Shown: piece by piece, positions 1 through 8,144 of the stretch
Position numbering within the stretch: the stretch's first letter is position 1
Layout of the letters: each line of letters starts with the position of its first letter
The notes under the pieces: model-generated
Told to the model about the DNA's origin: nothing
Seen by the model: the letters and a program-made list of their open reading frames with translations, nothing else
Database searches by the model: none
IMG/VR virus record: IMGVR_UViG_3300050154_000155
Strand: one strand, 5' to 3'
Source: a virus
Length of the DNA: 42,771 nt
Made by a program: the position numbers and the translations under genes

Positions 1-127
1 TCATTCATGCGCTACGCAAGACATTAAACACGTTGATGCCGGCCTTAACGACATCCCTAAAACTTTTGCCAAGCCCGAACCTATCAAATTGGGCGCTGAT
101 GGTGCGAAAGAATGTGGCCTAGAAGAC
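1..127. repeat. Terminal direct repeat (1-127 = 42645-42771). Circular-assembly overlap or terminal redundancy. Unique genome length 42,644 bp
   Basis: Both window ends read tcattcatgcgctacgcaag...gaatgtggcctagaagac. A reading frame continues uninterrupted across the join. Confidence 0.95.
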
Positions 128-736
128 GCCCCAAACGTACCCCCAGTGACAGCGGTAGCCGATCCACTCGCCATGTTCAATACAGTCCCTGTCCCATTGA
201 CTGCGGGTGTAGCACCGTCGCCGATTGCACCCACCGTACTGCCAGCGGCGAACCTCCCAGGGGTAAACGTTCCGCTACCGAATGCAGCGGCAAACGTTCA
301 ACCGGCCAATGCCCCTACGGCACCTGTACCCCCTACGAACCCTGTAAACGTCGCTGAATATGACAGCGCTGGTATGCCGTGGGATGCCCGCATACACGCT
401 AAGAATAAAGGTAAAAAACAAGATGGTACATGGCGTAATGGCGTAGGCGTCGATCCAGAAGTTAAAAAGGCGGTTGAACTTGAATTAAAAGGCCAAACGG
501 CATCACCGCAACAAAATGCCTATATGGAATTTATTAAGGCGATCGGACCAAAATTGCGTAATGAAGCCGCGCCAAATAACCCAATTACCGAGGATTCTTA
601 TAACGCTATTCTCATGAAATATGGTGCGACTAACCCACAAACGGGTGCGCCTATGACCATGGCGTTGCAAGCTAAACCTGAATTAATCCCATTCGTACTG
701 GGGGATCTGCGCACGATATATGGAGCTATCATCTGA
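2..736 (+). CDS. 3' part of a junction-spanning early gene (5' part at 42547..42771; about 277 aa once circularised). Hypothetical protein with a Pro/Ala/Val-rich linker and a C-terminal domain containing DSAGMPWDARIH
   Basis: The frame is open from base 2 and is the same frame as the ATG at 42547 after removing the 127-bp overlap. Stop TGA 734-736 overlaps the next ATG (TGATG). Confidence 0.7.
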   Translation, partial: HSCATQDIKHVDAGLNDIPKTFAKPEPIKLGADGAKECGLEDAPNVPPVTAVADPLAMFNTVPVPLTAGVAPSPIAPTVLPAANLPGVNVPLPNAAANVQPANAPTAPVPPTNPVNVAEYDSAGMPWDARIHAKNKGKKQDGTWRNGVGVDPEVKKAVELELKGQTASPQQNAYMEFIKAIGPKLRNEAAPNNPITEDSYNAILMKYGATNPQTGAPMTMALQAKPELIPFVLGDLRTIYGAII

Positions 737-1836
737 TGTCATATCTATTCTGGCCGAGCCAATTTCATAAGCTGCTGCCATGCGCCGCTAGTCACAGCAT
801 GGAACAAGCAGTTGCCGATTTGGGTAGTAACGATGTCGAGGAAGGGCGGGCGGTACACGCAATTGCCGCACAACTGTTACATGGTGACAACTCACTGCAA
901 GTTGGAATGCTAACGGCTAACAACGTGATGTTCCGCACCGATATGTTAGAAGGCATCAAAGTTTATATTGACGATATTTGTGCAGCTAATTGTGATGAAT
1001 TGCATATCGAAGAAAGTTTGTCATGTCCGGCAATTCATGCTGGCTGTGGCGGCATCCCCGATGCCTGGGGTGTTAAGCGCCGCGAACGTATTATTTATTT
1101 ATGGGATCTGAAATGGGGGCATCGTTACGTTGATGCTTTCGAAAACCCAGCATTAATGGCATACGTTTCAGGCATTGTAACAGCTTTAGATATTGATGGA
1201 TTAGCAGAGGACTATTGGCAGGTTGTATGCACAATCGTGCAGCCGCGTAGTTATACCCCTGAAGGCGCGGTAAAACGTTGGTCATGCTATGCGTCTGAAA
1301 TGCGCGCGTCGTGGAATAAGCTAGCTGCTGCATGCCAGGATGCGCTAAAAGAATGCCCACCCGCCGCATGCGGTTCACATTGCAGGGACTGTCGAGCACG
1401 GGCAACATGCGGAACGCTGGCCCGAGAATGTTCGTCAATTGCCCAGCAATACCGTATGAGTGAGCAATTTCATTTAACGCCTGAGCAATGCGGTATGGAG
1501 CTGTCACGGCTTAAAGAAGATGAAGCGATATTGAAAGCGCGGATCGATGGCGTGGAAAGTAGCGTGATCAACGCACTCGAAAGCGGCAAGCAATGCGGAG
1601 GGTGGCAATATAAATCAGGTGCAGGAAGAACGATTTTCGCACATGGTCGAGAAGCCGAGGCGATCGGTACAGCGCAAATGTTGGGTATCAATATCATTGC
1701 CCCACGCGTACCCGTTACTGTCAAACAAGCTGAGGCGCTAGGTTTTCATCCAGAACAATATGGATTAACCGAAGTGCAGGCAGGCAAAAAGCAACTTGTT
1801 AAAGTTAACTTAAATAAAATTAAATTCGGAGAATGA
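736..1836 (+). CDS. PD-(D/E)XK nuclease, Cas4/DUF2800-like, with a Cys cluster
   Basis: 366 aa. It has an N-terminal Cys (LLPCAAS), a IYLWDLKWG core (D-x-K) and a C-terminal C-x3-C-x2-C-x5-C (CGSHCRDCRARATCG), as in Cas4/AddB-type Fe-S nucleases. It lies directly upstream of the SSB-like and polymerase genes. Confidence 0.6.
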   Translation: MSYLFWPSQFHKLLPCAASHSMEQAVADLGSNDVEEGRAVHAIAAQLLHGDNSLQVGMLTANNVMFRTDMLEGIKVYIDDICAANCDELHIEESLSCPAIHAGCGGIPDAWGVKRRERIIYLWDLKWGHRYVDAFENPALMAYVSGIVTALDIDGLAEDYWQVVCTIVQPRSYTPEGAVKRWSCYASEMRASWNKLAAACQDALKECPPAACGSHCRDCRARATCGTLARECSSIAQQYRMSEQFHLTPEQCGMELSRLKEDEAILKARIDGVESSVINALESGKQCGGWQYKSGAGRTIFAHGREAEAIGTAQMLGINIIAPRVPVTVKQAEALGFHPEQYGLTEVQAGKKQLVKVNLNKIKFGE

Positions 1837-2837
1837 AGATTATGGCTACCAAAACCGTTTTAGATATGTTGCTGCCAGTGGGTCGTTTAGTGGGTAGTTC
1901 ACTGTACGAACCTAAAACAACTGATAGCATGGGGCAACCGCATGTTTATAAATCGGGGCCGAAAATCGGTCAACCACGCCCAGATTATTGGTTAGCAATC
2001 GCGATTCCAAAAACACCAGGTGTCACCCATTGGGCTAATGAAACTTCACCCGTCGAAAGTATCGGTCAGTGGGGCGCTAAAATTTGGCAATTTGCGCATC
2101 AACAATGGCCGCAAGGTCAGTCTGACCGCCCCGATTTTAGTTGGAAAATTATTGATGGTGACAGCCAGATCCCCAATAAAGCCGGTAAAAAACCATGCGA
2201 TCAAGAAGGTTATCAGGGGCATTGGATTATTAACTTAGGCGGTTCCACTCAGCCACGCATTGCAACATTAGTCGATCCACAATCACCAGGTCGTGCCGTT
2301 GATTTGAGCACCCCTAACGCAATTTTGCCAGGATATTACGTGCAGGCACTGATCAGCATAGCTAGCAACGAATCGGCGCAAACTGCGGGCTTATATGTAA
2401 ATCATCGCATTGTTTGCCTTGCCGCATATGGCGAGCCTATCAGTTTTGCGCCAGCACTTGATAGCGTGCAGTGGGGCGGCGCGGCATTACCATCTGGGGC
2501 AAGTACAGTACCAGTGGCTAACATGGGTGCGCAAGCTGCCGTACCAACCGTACCAACCGTACCAACCGTACCAACCGTACCAACCGTACCAACCGTACCA
2601 ACCGTACCAACCGTACCAACCGTACCACAAGGTATGCCAGTGCTTCCGAACCCGGCGTTTGTTAATACGGCTATTCAGCAAGCCCAGGGTGTACCAACCG
2701 TACCAACCGTACCAGTTGTACCTGCCCCACCAGTAGCACCACAAATGACGGCGGCGGCACAAGGTGTATCCTATTCTGAATATATTAAGGCTGGGTGGAC
2801 TGATGAAATGTTACGCACTCAAGGCATGATGCTGTAA
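1833..2837 (+). CDS. Putative ssDNA-binding protein (gp2.5/DUF2815-like slot) with a (VPT)n low-complexity linker
   Basis: 334 aa. ATGA overlap with the upstream nuclease gene. It sits between the Cas4-like nuclease and the polymerase. The N-terminal globular part is followed by a Pro/Thr/Val repeat and a short C-terminal tail. The function is assigned from position only. Confidence 0.4.
   Translation: MKIMATKTVLDMLLPVGRLVGSSLYEPKTTDSMGQPHVYKSGPKIGQPRPDYWLAIAIPKTPGVTHWANETSPVESIGQWGAKIWQFAHQQWPQGQSDRPDFSWKIIDGDSQIPNKAGKKPCDQEGYQGHWIINLGGSTQPRIATLVDPQSPGRAVDLSTPNAILPGYYVQALISIASNESAQTAGLYVNHRIVCLAAYGEPISFAPALDSVQWGGAALPSGASTVPVANMGAQAAVPTVPTVPTVPTVPTVPTVPTVPTVPTVPQGMPVLPNPAFVNTAIQQAQGVPTVPTVPVVPAPPVAPQMTAAAQGVSYSEYIKAGWTDEMLRTQGMML
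2541..2627 (+). repeat. Perfect 9-bp tandem repeat gtaccaacc x9 plus a partial unit, encoding (VPT)9. Two more units at 2691-2708
   Basis: Units were counted directly at 2541, 2550 ... 2613. All three forward frames and one reverse frame stay open across it. Confidence 0.95.
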
Positions 2838-2854
2838 ATCTAAACATGAGGATT

Positions 2855-2878
2855 GGGCGCGTAATTGCGCCCTTTTTT
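2855..2878 (+). terminator. Rho-independent terminator/attenuator between the SSB-like gene and the polymerase gene
   Basis: gggcgc-gtaatt-gcgccc hairpin followed by tttttt. Confidence 0.6.
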
Positions 2879-2882
2879 ATTT

Positions 2883-4769
2883 ATGCAAAAACGTCCTATG
2901 TATGTGTGCGATACCGAATGTTATAAGGATTATTGGGCAATCGGTTTTACGTCGGTTGATAACCCTTTAATTCAATTAGAATATGTTTTTTGGCCTGGTT
3001 CACCGCCATTGCCAATTGCCGAATTAATTGCCTTTTTATCTAAAGTCACAATTATTACGTTCAATGGCGAGCATTATGATTTGCCCATGATCACGCTGGC
3101 GCTGTGTGGTTACAATAATGCGCAGTTAAAAGCCGCGAATGATATGATCATTTGCAAGGGGGTGAAGTCGTGGGAATTTTACGATTTATATAAGATAACG
3201 CGGCCACCATTTATCGATCACATTGACTTGATCGAGCCATCGCCAGGTGTCAAGATATCGCTCAAAGTGTACGCGGGGCGCATGTTTAGCAATAAGATGC
3301 AGGATTTACCCATCGAGCCGAGCCATAGCATTACGCCCGACTTGCGCCCGCTGATGTCAAAATATCGCAAAAATGACGAGAGCAATACGCTTGACCTGTA
3401 TAACAAAATAAAATCCCGCATTGCGTTACGCATTAAAATGTCTGACCAATACGGTATCGATCTGCGTAGTAAATCAGACGCCCAAATTGCCGAGGCGGTG
3501 ATCAGAACGTCAATTGAACGGGCAACGGGACAACGGCTTGAAAAACCATTCTGGCCGCACGGTACGCAATTTAAATTTAAGCCGTTACCATTTTTAATCT
3601 ATCAGACGTCACAATTGCAGAATGCGTATCTGATCATATGCGATGCACCATTTACGACATCGGATAAAGATCAGGTATTGGACGAGGAAGACGAAAACGG
3701 CAATAAAATAAAAACCGGTATAATCATACCCACCGAAATCAAAAAGCTGCGCATCACATTAGGCCAAACAACCTATAAATTCGGGTATGGCGGATTGCAT
3801 AGCCAGGAGCATTCAATTTCGCATATCGCTGATGCTGAGTTTGAGATAAGCGATCACGATGTAGCGAGCTTTTACCCCCGCATCATCCTCAACCAAAAAC
3901 TATACCCTAAGCAAATAGGACCATTATTTACGGGCATATACAACACGTTGGTTGAGACGCGTTTATCCGCTAAAAAGATATGCAAAGAATTGGAACATAA
4001 TAATTTAACCGATGACCTCCAATATGAGGAACAAGTAACAATCATGGAGGGTGGAAAGGTTACAATCAATGGCTCATTTGGTAAATTTGGCAGTAAATAC
4101 AGTATTTTGTTTAGCCCTGACCTGATGATCCAAACGACGATTAGCGGGCAATTATGCTTGCTAATGCTAATCGAAATGCTCGAACTAAACGGGGTAAGTG
4201 TTGTGTCAGCGAATACCGACGGCATTGTTATCAAATGCCCCCGTGCGTTTACCGACAGGCGTGATTACATTATCAAATGGTGGGAAACCACTTGTCAGTA
4301 TGAAACCGAAAAAACAGAATATGACGCGATCTATCAGCGCGATGTTAATAATTACATTGCGTTAAAACATGGCAAAGAACCAAAGTTAAAAGGCATTTTT
4401 GCCCCACCTGGATTACAGAAAAATCCCAATAATTCAGTATGTGTGAAAGCGGTTGTGGAATTAATCACGCATAAAACCCCCATCGAGCAAACGATATTTG
4501 GCGAGACTGATATTAAGCAGTTCCTATCAGTGCATAGCGTGAAAGGGAGCGCGGTTAAGGGCGATATCGTACTGGGTAAGGCGGTGCGCTGGTATTACGG
4601 CCTGGGTGAAACGGGAACGATAAACTACAAAACTAATGGCAATAAAGTACCACGTAGTGACGGTGCGGTGCCCCTGATGAATCTTCCCAATACATTACCG
4701 GCAAATATTGATTATGGTTGGTATATCCGCGAGGCGTATAAACTACTGACTGAAATTGATTACAAATAA
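2883..4769 (+). CDS. Family B-type DNA polymerase with an N-terminal 3'-5' exonuclease domain
   Basis: Exo I is YVCDTEC, Exo II is FNGEHYD and the Exo III-like motif is YRKND. Pol motif A is DVASFYPRII (Dx2SLYPS type), motif B is KVTINGSFGKFG (Kx3NSxYG type) and motif C is SANTDGIV (DTD type). The first ATG after the terminator was taken as the start. Confidence 0.75.
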   Translation: MQKRPMYVCDTECYKDYWAIGFTSVDNPLIQLEYVFWPGSPPLPIAELIAFLSKVTIITFNGEHYDLPMITLALCGYNNAQLKAANDMIICKGVKSWEFYDLYKITRPPFIDHIDLIEPSPGVKISLKVYAGRMFSNKMQDLPIEPSHSITPDLRPLMSKYRKNDESNTLDLYNKIKSRIALRIKMSDQYGIDLRSKSDAQIAEAVIRTSIERATGQRLEKPFWPHGTQFKFKPLPFLIYQTSQLQNAYLIICDAPFTTSDKDQVLDEEDENGNKIKTGIIIPTEIKKLRITLGQTTYKFGYGGLHSQEHSISHIADAEFEISDHDVASFYPRIILNQKLYPKQIGPLFTGIYNTLVETRLSAKKICKELEHNNLTDDLQYEEQVTIMEGGKVTINGSFGKFGSKYSILFSPDLMIQTTISGQLCLLMLIEMLELNGVSVVSANTDGIVIKCPRAFTDRRDYIIKWWETTCQYETEKTEYDAIYQRDVNNYIALKHGKEPKLKGIFAPPGLQKNPNNSVCVKAVVELITHKTPIEQTIFGETDIKQFLSVHSVKGSAVKGDIVLGKAVRWYYGLGETGTINYKTNGNKVPRSDGAVPLMNLPNTLPANIDYGWYIREAYKLLTEIDYK

Positions 4770-4772
4770 AAA

Positions 4773-4800
4773 AGCGCCCCATTCATACTGGGGCGCTTTT
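4773..4800. terminator. Bidirectional rho-independent terminator between the convergent polymerase and lysis genes
   Basis: agcgcccc-attcatact-ggggcgct, flanked by an A-run upstream and a T-run downstream. Confidence 0.7.
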
Positions 4801-4830
4801 GTTTCACACTAACAACGAGGGGTTTACTTT

Positions 4831-5307
4831 TTACAGTCCTAACGTTTTTGCTACATTAACAGCAGCGACAGCGTTATCAATCAGGGTAGAAACTTGTGGT
4901 TGCAGGGTAGTCCAGTCAGTGCCCAGCTTCTGCGCCATCGCACCAACTACAGCCATCACAGCTGCTTTTTTACTCGCACCTGCGCTAGTCTGTGCGGCGT
5001 AGGTAGTCTCTGCTTGATTAGCCAGAGCGATTGCATAGTTATACAAACTGGTGGCGTTGGCATCCAGTTGTTCGATAGTTGCCAGTGCTTGGCCTGCTTC
5101 CAGAATATTCAATGACATTTGCTTAGTTCCTTGTTCATCGTTAACGTTAACAGTAGGGGTAACCGCTACCGGAATAGTTTGTGCCACATTATCGGTTTTT
5201 GCAAGTTGTTCGACTACCCCAACCGCAGCTGTGACTACCGGTGCAGCACGTTTGCTTTTCCAGACTTGCAAAACAACACTGATAAACTCGAAAATGATCC
5301 GCCACAT
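4831..5307 (-). CDS. Membrane-anchored protein at the end of the lysis cassette (N-terminal hydrophobic helix, Ala-rich helical C-terminus). Holin_LLH-like or a spanin substitute
   Basis: The internal start M48 (MWRIIFEFISVVLQVW...) lies just after the endolysin stop. The C-terminus SAGASKKAAVMAVVGAMAQKLG...LIDNAVAAV resembles LL-H-type holin tails (from memory). No lipobox. Confidence 0.4.
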   Translation of the reverse strand: MWRIIFEFISVVLQVWKSKRAAPVVTAAVGVVEQLAKTDNVAQTIPVAVTPTVNVNDEQGTKQMSLNILEAGQALATIEQLDANATSLYNYAIALANQAETTYAAQTSAGASKKAAVMAVVGAMAQKLGTDWTTLQPQVSTLIDNAVAAVNVAKTLGL

Positions 5308-5311
5308 ATCG

Positions 5312-5851
5312 CTATTTCCTAAAATTTTGACAGAGTAAATCGGCTTCTTGTTCGCGCCGCAATACCTGACCATAGCAATTGTTATCTCTAATGCGACAAT
5401 CGCGGCCACGATCATGTATATAGGTCGTAATAGTCGTGCAAGCCTCATTAAGTTTTCCGTCCTGAATTAAGGTGATCACATCGCCTTTCATGCATTTGCC
5501 GACGCCTAAATTCCAAGGACAAAATGATGCGAGACCAACCTTCTGATATTCAGTTAATGGGTAATGAATATTCTTATTTACCCATTCCAGCGCTTTAGCA
5601 CGTTCCGCCGTATCAATGGCGTCACATTGCTTTTCGGTTAACCGTGTACCGCGCGCTACTTCTTTTCCGTTCGGTAAATAATGCACACCGCCGCATATTG
5701 TCCAGTAGCCAGATCCGTCCTGGTATGCGACTAAACGCGGCATACCTTCTTTTTCATTTAAAAATTGATTTAAGACACGTGGTCCACTTGCTCCGGTAGC
5801 AATCAGTGCTAATACTGCGGCGCTCAATGTTGTTTTCCTTTTAGTCCACAT
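5312..5851 (-). CDS. SAR endolysin, T4-lysozyme-like (GH24; P21 R / P1 Lyz type)
   Basis: It has an N-terminal weakly hydrophobic Gly/Ala-rich signal-anchor (TLSAAVLALIATGASG). The catalytic pattern is EG-x8-YQD-x5-WTICGG. The C-terminus reads ...GQVLRREQEADLLC. The ATG is preceded by GAGG. Confidence 0.8.
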   Translation of the reverse strand: MWTKRKTTLSAAVLALIATGASGPRVLNQFLNEKEGMPRLVAYQDGSGYWTICGGVHYLPNGKEVARGTRLTEKQCDAIDTAERAKALEWVNKNIHYPLTEYQKVGLASFCPWNLGVGKCMKGDVITLIQDGKLNEACTTITTYIHDRGRDCRIRDNNCYGQVLRREQEADLLCQNFRK

Positions 5852-6119
5852 GTTTACTGTCCTCAATAATTAGTGCCGATCGGTTTTCAACGGCTAACTT
5901 TTCCAAAACAGCCACACGGCGTTTTTCAGTTGCTGCCCGATCGCGGTCTATTGCATTTCTACGATAACTATTATAAGCGCTAATTACGCCAAAAGTGATC
6001 ATAAAAAAAGAGGATATCAGATATCCAATATCCTGAGCTGTTAGCCACGCAAATAAACCTGCGCACATTGCTGCAATTTGTGTCGCAATCTCTTGGATGG
6101 GTATCTTCCAGCTATCCAT
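5841..6119 (-). CDS. Holin, two-TMD pinholin-like
   Basis: 92 aa from the internal ATG (MDSWKIP...). There are two hydrophobic segments (IATQIAAMCAGLFAWL, IGYLISSFFMITFGVISAY) and a charged C-terminus. It overlaps the start of the SAR endolysin gene. Confidence 0.55.
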   Translation of the reverse strand: MDSWKIPIQEIATQIAAMCAGLFAWLTAQDIGYLISSFFMITFGVISAYNSYRRNAIDRDRAATEKRRVAVLEKLAVENRSALIIEDSKHVD

Positions 6120-6154
6120 ACGTTTAACCCCAATACGCTTGATATTGATTAAAA

Positions 6155-6182
6155 TCATTATTTGTAATCGCCGCTGTGTCAA
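6155..6182 (-). promoter_or_regulatory. Candidate sigma70-type promoter upstream of the holin gene (TTGACA-N16-TAATGA)
   Basis: Read on the minus strand: ccatTTGACAcagcggcgattacaaaTAATGAtttt. Confidence 0.3.
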
Positions 6183-6229
6183 ATGGTAAGACGCTGTCAC
6201 CTGGCAGAAGCCGCTTAAAAACTTCTACG

Positions 6230-6595
6230 TTAAGCATAATAACAAACAAAATTATGATTAACAGTTGCCGCTTTTATATAAATAGAATTAATGGGTACAC
6301 CGCTGGCGCAATCAAACAAAAGGCTTGCACCAGGTTGTAATGCAATACAGTTACCCGTTGCAAATGATGAGGTAATGTCGACATATAACGGTTCGGCGGC
6401 TGCGATGCCCTGATCAGTTAGGGTGAGTGGGTTTTGGATATAGAGATAACGGCGTTTCGGCGCGGCGGCTAGTAACAATTGTGCTGTTGCCGCTGTGGTA
6501 ATTTTTGCGCTGCCGTTCACAAACGTTAGCGGTGTTGCATTGTAGATGGGTAATGCTGAAAGGGAATTACTTGGATCAGTGGGTAATGCTGCCAT
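6230..6595 (-). CDS. Hypothetical small beta-rich protein (121 aa)
   Basis: The internal start MAALPTDPS was chosen because the longer ORF runs through the recombinase 3' end. It still overlaps the recombinase stop by 20 nt. No family recognised. Confidence 0.45.
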   Translation of the reverse strand: MAALPTDPSNSLSALPIYNATPLTFVNGSAKITTAATAQLLLAAAPKRRYLYIQNPLTLTDQGIAAAEPLYVDITSSFATGNCIALQPGASLLFDCASGVPINSIYIKAATVNHNFVCYYA

Positions 6596-7148
6596 GGTGC
6601 GTACTCCGGTTGATATATTTATAAACAGTTTTAGGGGAAATTTGGATAGCGTCTGCAATTTCTTGCACAGTTTTGCCATTTTCGCGCATTGAAAACATAT
6701 TATTCATTATAGCGGGGGTTACAATTCTTTTCCTACCACCAATATGCCCCTTGCTTCTCGCCACGGCTAAACCTGCTAATGTGCGTTCACTATTCAGATC
6801 TGATTCATATTGCGCTGCTGAAAGGATATTTCTAAAATTATAACGTCCACTTGCTGTTTTCAAATCAATGCCATCAGTTATCGATTTGAAATTGATATCG
6901 TTTTCCATTAAATGTTGAAACATAATCAAAACACCTAACACGTTGCGCCCTAATCTATCGATTTTCCAGACTATCAATTCATCACCAGTGCGTAGCATTG
7001 AAATTACACGTTTTAAAACAGGTCGATTTACGTTACGCCCGCTAGCATGTTCCTCAAATATTTGATCGCAATTTGCTAAACGTAACGCCGTTAATTGCAT
7101 TTCAGTGTCTTGATGATTTGTAGAAACTCTCGCATATCCTATTACCAT
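6576..7148 (-). CDS. Small serine recombinase, Hin/Gin/Pin invertase-resolvase family
   Basis: 190 aa. It has the N-terminal catalytic motif VIGYARVSTNHQ, then ...LIVWKIDRLGRN and a C-terminal HTH (GKTVQEIADAIQISPKTVYKYI). The ATG at 7148 is preceded by GAGAG. Confidence 0.85.
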   Translation of the reverse strand: MVIGYARVSTNHQDTEMQLTALRLANCDQIFEEHASGRNVNRPVLKRVISMLRTGDELIVWKIDRLGRNVLGVLIMFQHLMENDINFKSITDGIDLKTASGRYNFRNILSAAQYESDLNSERTLAGLAVARSKGHIGGRKRIVTPAIMNNMFSMRENGKTVQEIADAIQISPKTVYKYINRSTHHGSITH

Positions 7149-7314
7149 AATCACGCTCTCAATTTGAAAATAATTCAGTGCGATTATGCACTTAATTTAA
7201 CTTTATACAAAAGGTTGATAACAGTCGGGTTAGCGGCGGTAGATTTGAGACTGATTCATTCGGACGATTTGGCGCTGTTAAATCTGATTAATAAGGACAC
7301 CCTATGTTTATAAC

Positions 7315-7488
7315 ATGCAGGATCCTGATGATGATTGTGTTGCATGGAAGCCGAGCCTTATTGAGCTGTTTGGTAGCGCTGAGCTTTTGCCAGTCGTTAT
7401 GGAGGCATATCAAGAAGCACTGCTGCACATCGCTGAACTGGAGAAATACGCCAAAGCACGCGATGAAGAGATAAGGGGGAGTGAATGA
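7315..7488 (+). CDS. Small ORF (57 aa), coiled-coil, Ea22-like fragment
   Basis: It is not in the supplied track (under 60 aa). It translates to MQDPDDDCVAWKPSLIELFGSAELLPVVMEAYQEALLHIAELEKYAKARDEEIRGSE. Its TGA overlaps the next ATG (ATGA). Confidence 0.4.
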   Translation: MQDPDDDCVAWKPSLIELFGSAELLPVVMEAYQEALLHIAELEKYAKARDEEIRGSE

Positions 7489-8144
7489 GCATGACCAACG
7501 AACAAATTCAGGCGCTTAAAGAAGCTGCTGAGAAAGCTAAGATAGATGATTGGGGGTACGACTATGACGAGTTTAATGAATTGGTCAAACCTGATTCCAT
7601 TCTTGCCCTGCTTGCAGAGCGTGACGCGGATAAAGCGCTGATAGCGGAGCAGCGCGAGCACATTGCTGAACTTGAGCGCAAGAACGAAGCTATGACGGCC
7701 GTGGCGCTTGCAATGCGCGACGACATGCGAGAGGCACGCTCGCTCACTGATAATTCAATTAAGGGCCAAATGATGAATCGTGAATACATCGAAAATATTC
7801 TCGAATTGGCGCGTAAATACGATTATAAGTCTGACGATATTCATGCCCAGAATTTGGCGGCAGCATGCCCTCCTGTGGTTATTGAAGCTATGGCCCGCGC
7901 ACTGCTGGAAACGATGGAGCAAGCGCCGGATGGCCGTTACGTCGAATATAGCAGCGCAATGGGCTTCGCCAATCAGCAGATCAGCACTCATTCCGTTACA
8001 ATCAAAAAGTTGCAGAATGCGCATAAAGCGCAGATTATTCAGTTGCTGGCGGCATTTGAGGAAGTCTTACGGATTTCAGACCGCCAGCATGATGCGTGGG
8101 ATCGCGCTAAAGCGGCCATTGCTGCGGCAAAGGGGGATATGTGA
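7485..8144 (+). CDS. ead/Ea22-like protein
   Basis: The N-terminus MTNEQIQALKEAAEKA...ILALLAERDADKALIAEQREHIAELE matches the lambdoid Ea22-like pattern as remembered. Confidence 0.6.
   Translation: MSMTNEQIQALKEAAEKAKIDDWGYDYDEFNELVKPDSILALLAERDADKALIAEQREHIAELERKNEAMTAVALAMRDDMREARSLTDNSIKGQMMNREYIENILELARKYDYKSDDIHAQNLAAACPPVVIEAMARALLETMEQAPDGRYVEYSSAMGFANQQISTHSVTIKKLQNAHKAQIIQLLAAFEEVLRISDRQHDAWDRAKAAIAAAKGDM

Noticed and set aside
1-234. Minus-strand ORF (77 aa) at the window start and plus-strand ORF 112..357.
   Set aside because: Both overlap the junction-spanning gene in Pro/Ala-rich, GC-rich sequence where alternative frames stay open. Neither has start context.
2541-2627. Whether the short tandem repeats (here and at 33568-33801) could be a CRISPR array.
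   Set aside because: The units are contiguous (9 bp or 3 bp) with no spacers and lie inside coding frames. No cas genes are present.
2410-2762. Alternative-frame ORFs across the 9-bp repeat (YQP repeats on the plus strand, WYG repeats on the minus strand).
   Set aside because: They exist only because a 9-bp repeat keeps every frame open. The VPT frame is continuous with a 334-aa gene that has proper context.
4831-5448. Long N-terminal extensions of track ORFs (4831..5448, 5841..6200, 6230..6679, 23233..23733, 24095..24775, 38254..38628, 32879..33130, 2865..4769).
   Set aside because: The extensions overlap upstream genes or terminators and encode implausible sequence. Internal starts with an RBS or ATGA-type coupling fit better.
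7201-7224. A hix/gix-like crossover site upstream of the serine recombinase.
   Set aside because: It is not called as a feature. It is only an imperfect palindrome of 19-24 bp (canonical sites are 26 bp), and I could not find an inverted partner by eye. It is kept only as a lead within the invertase finding.
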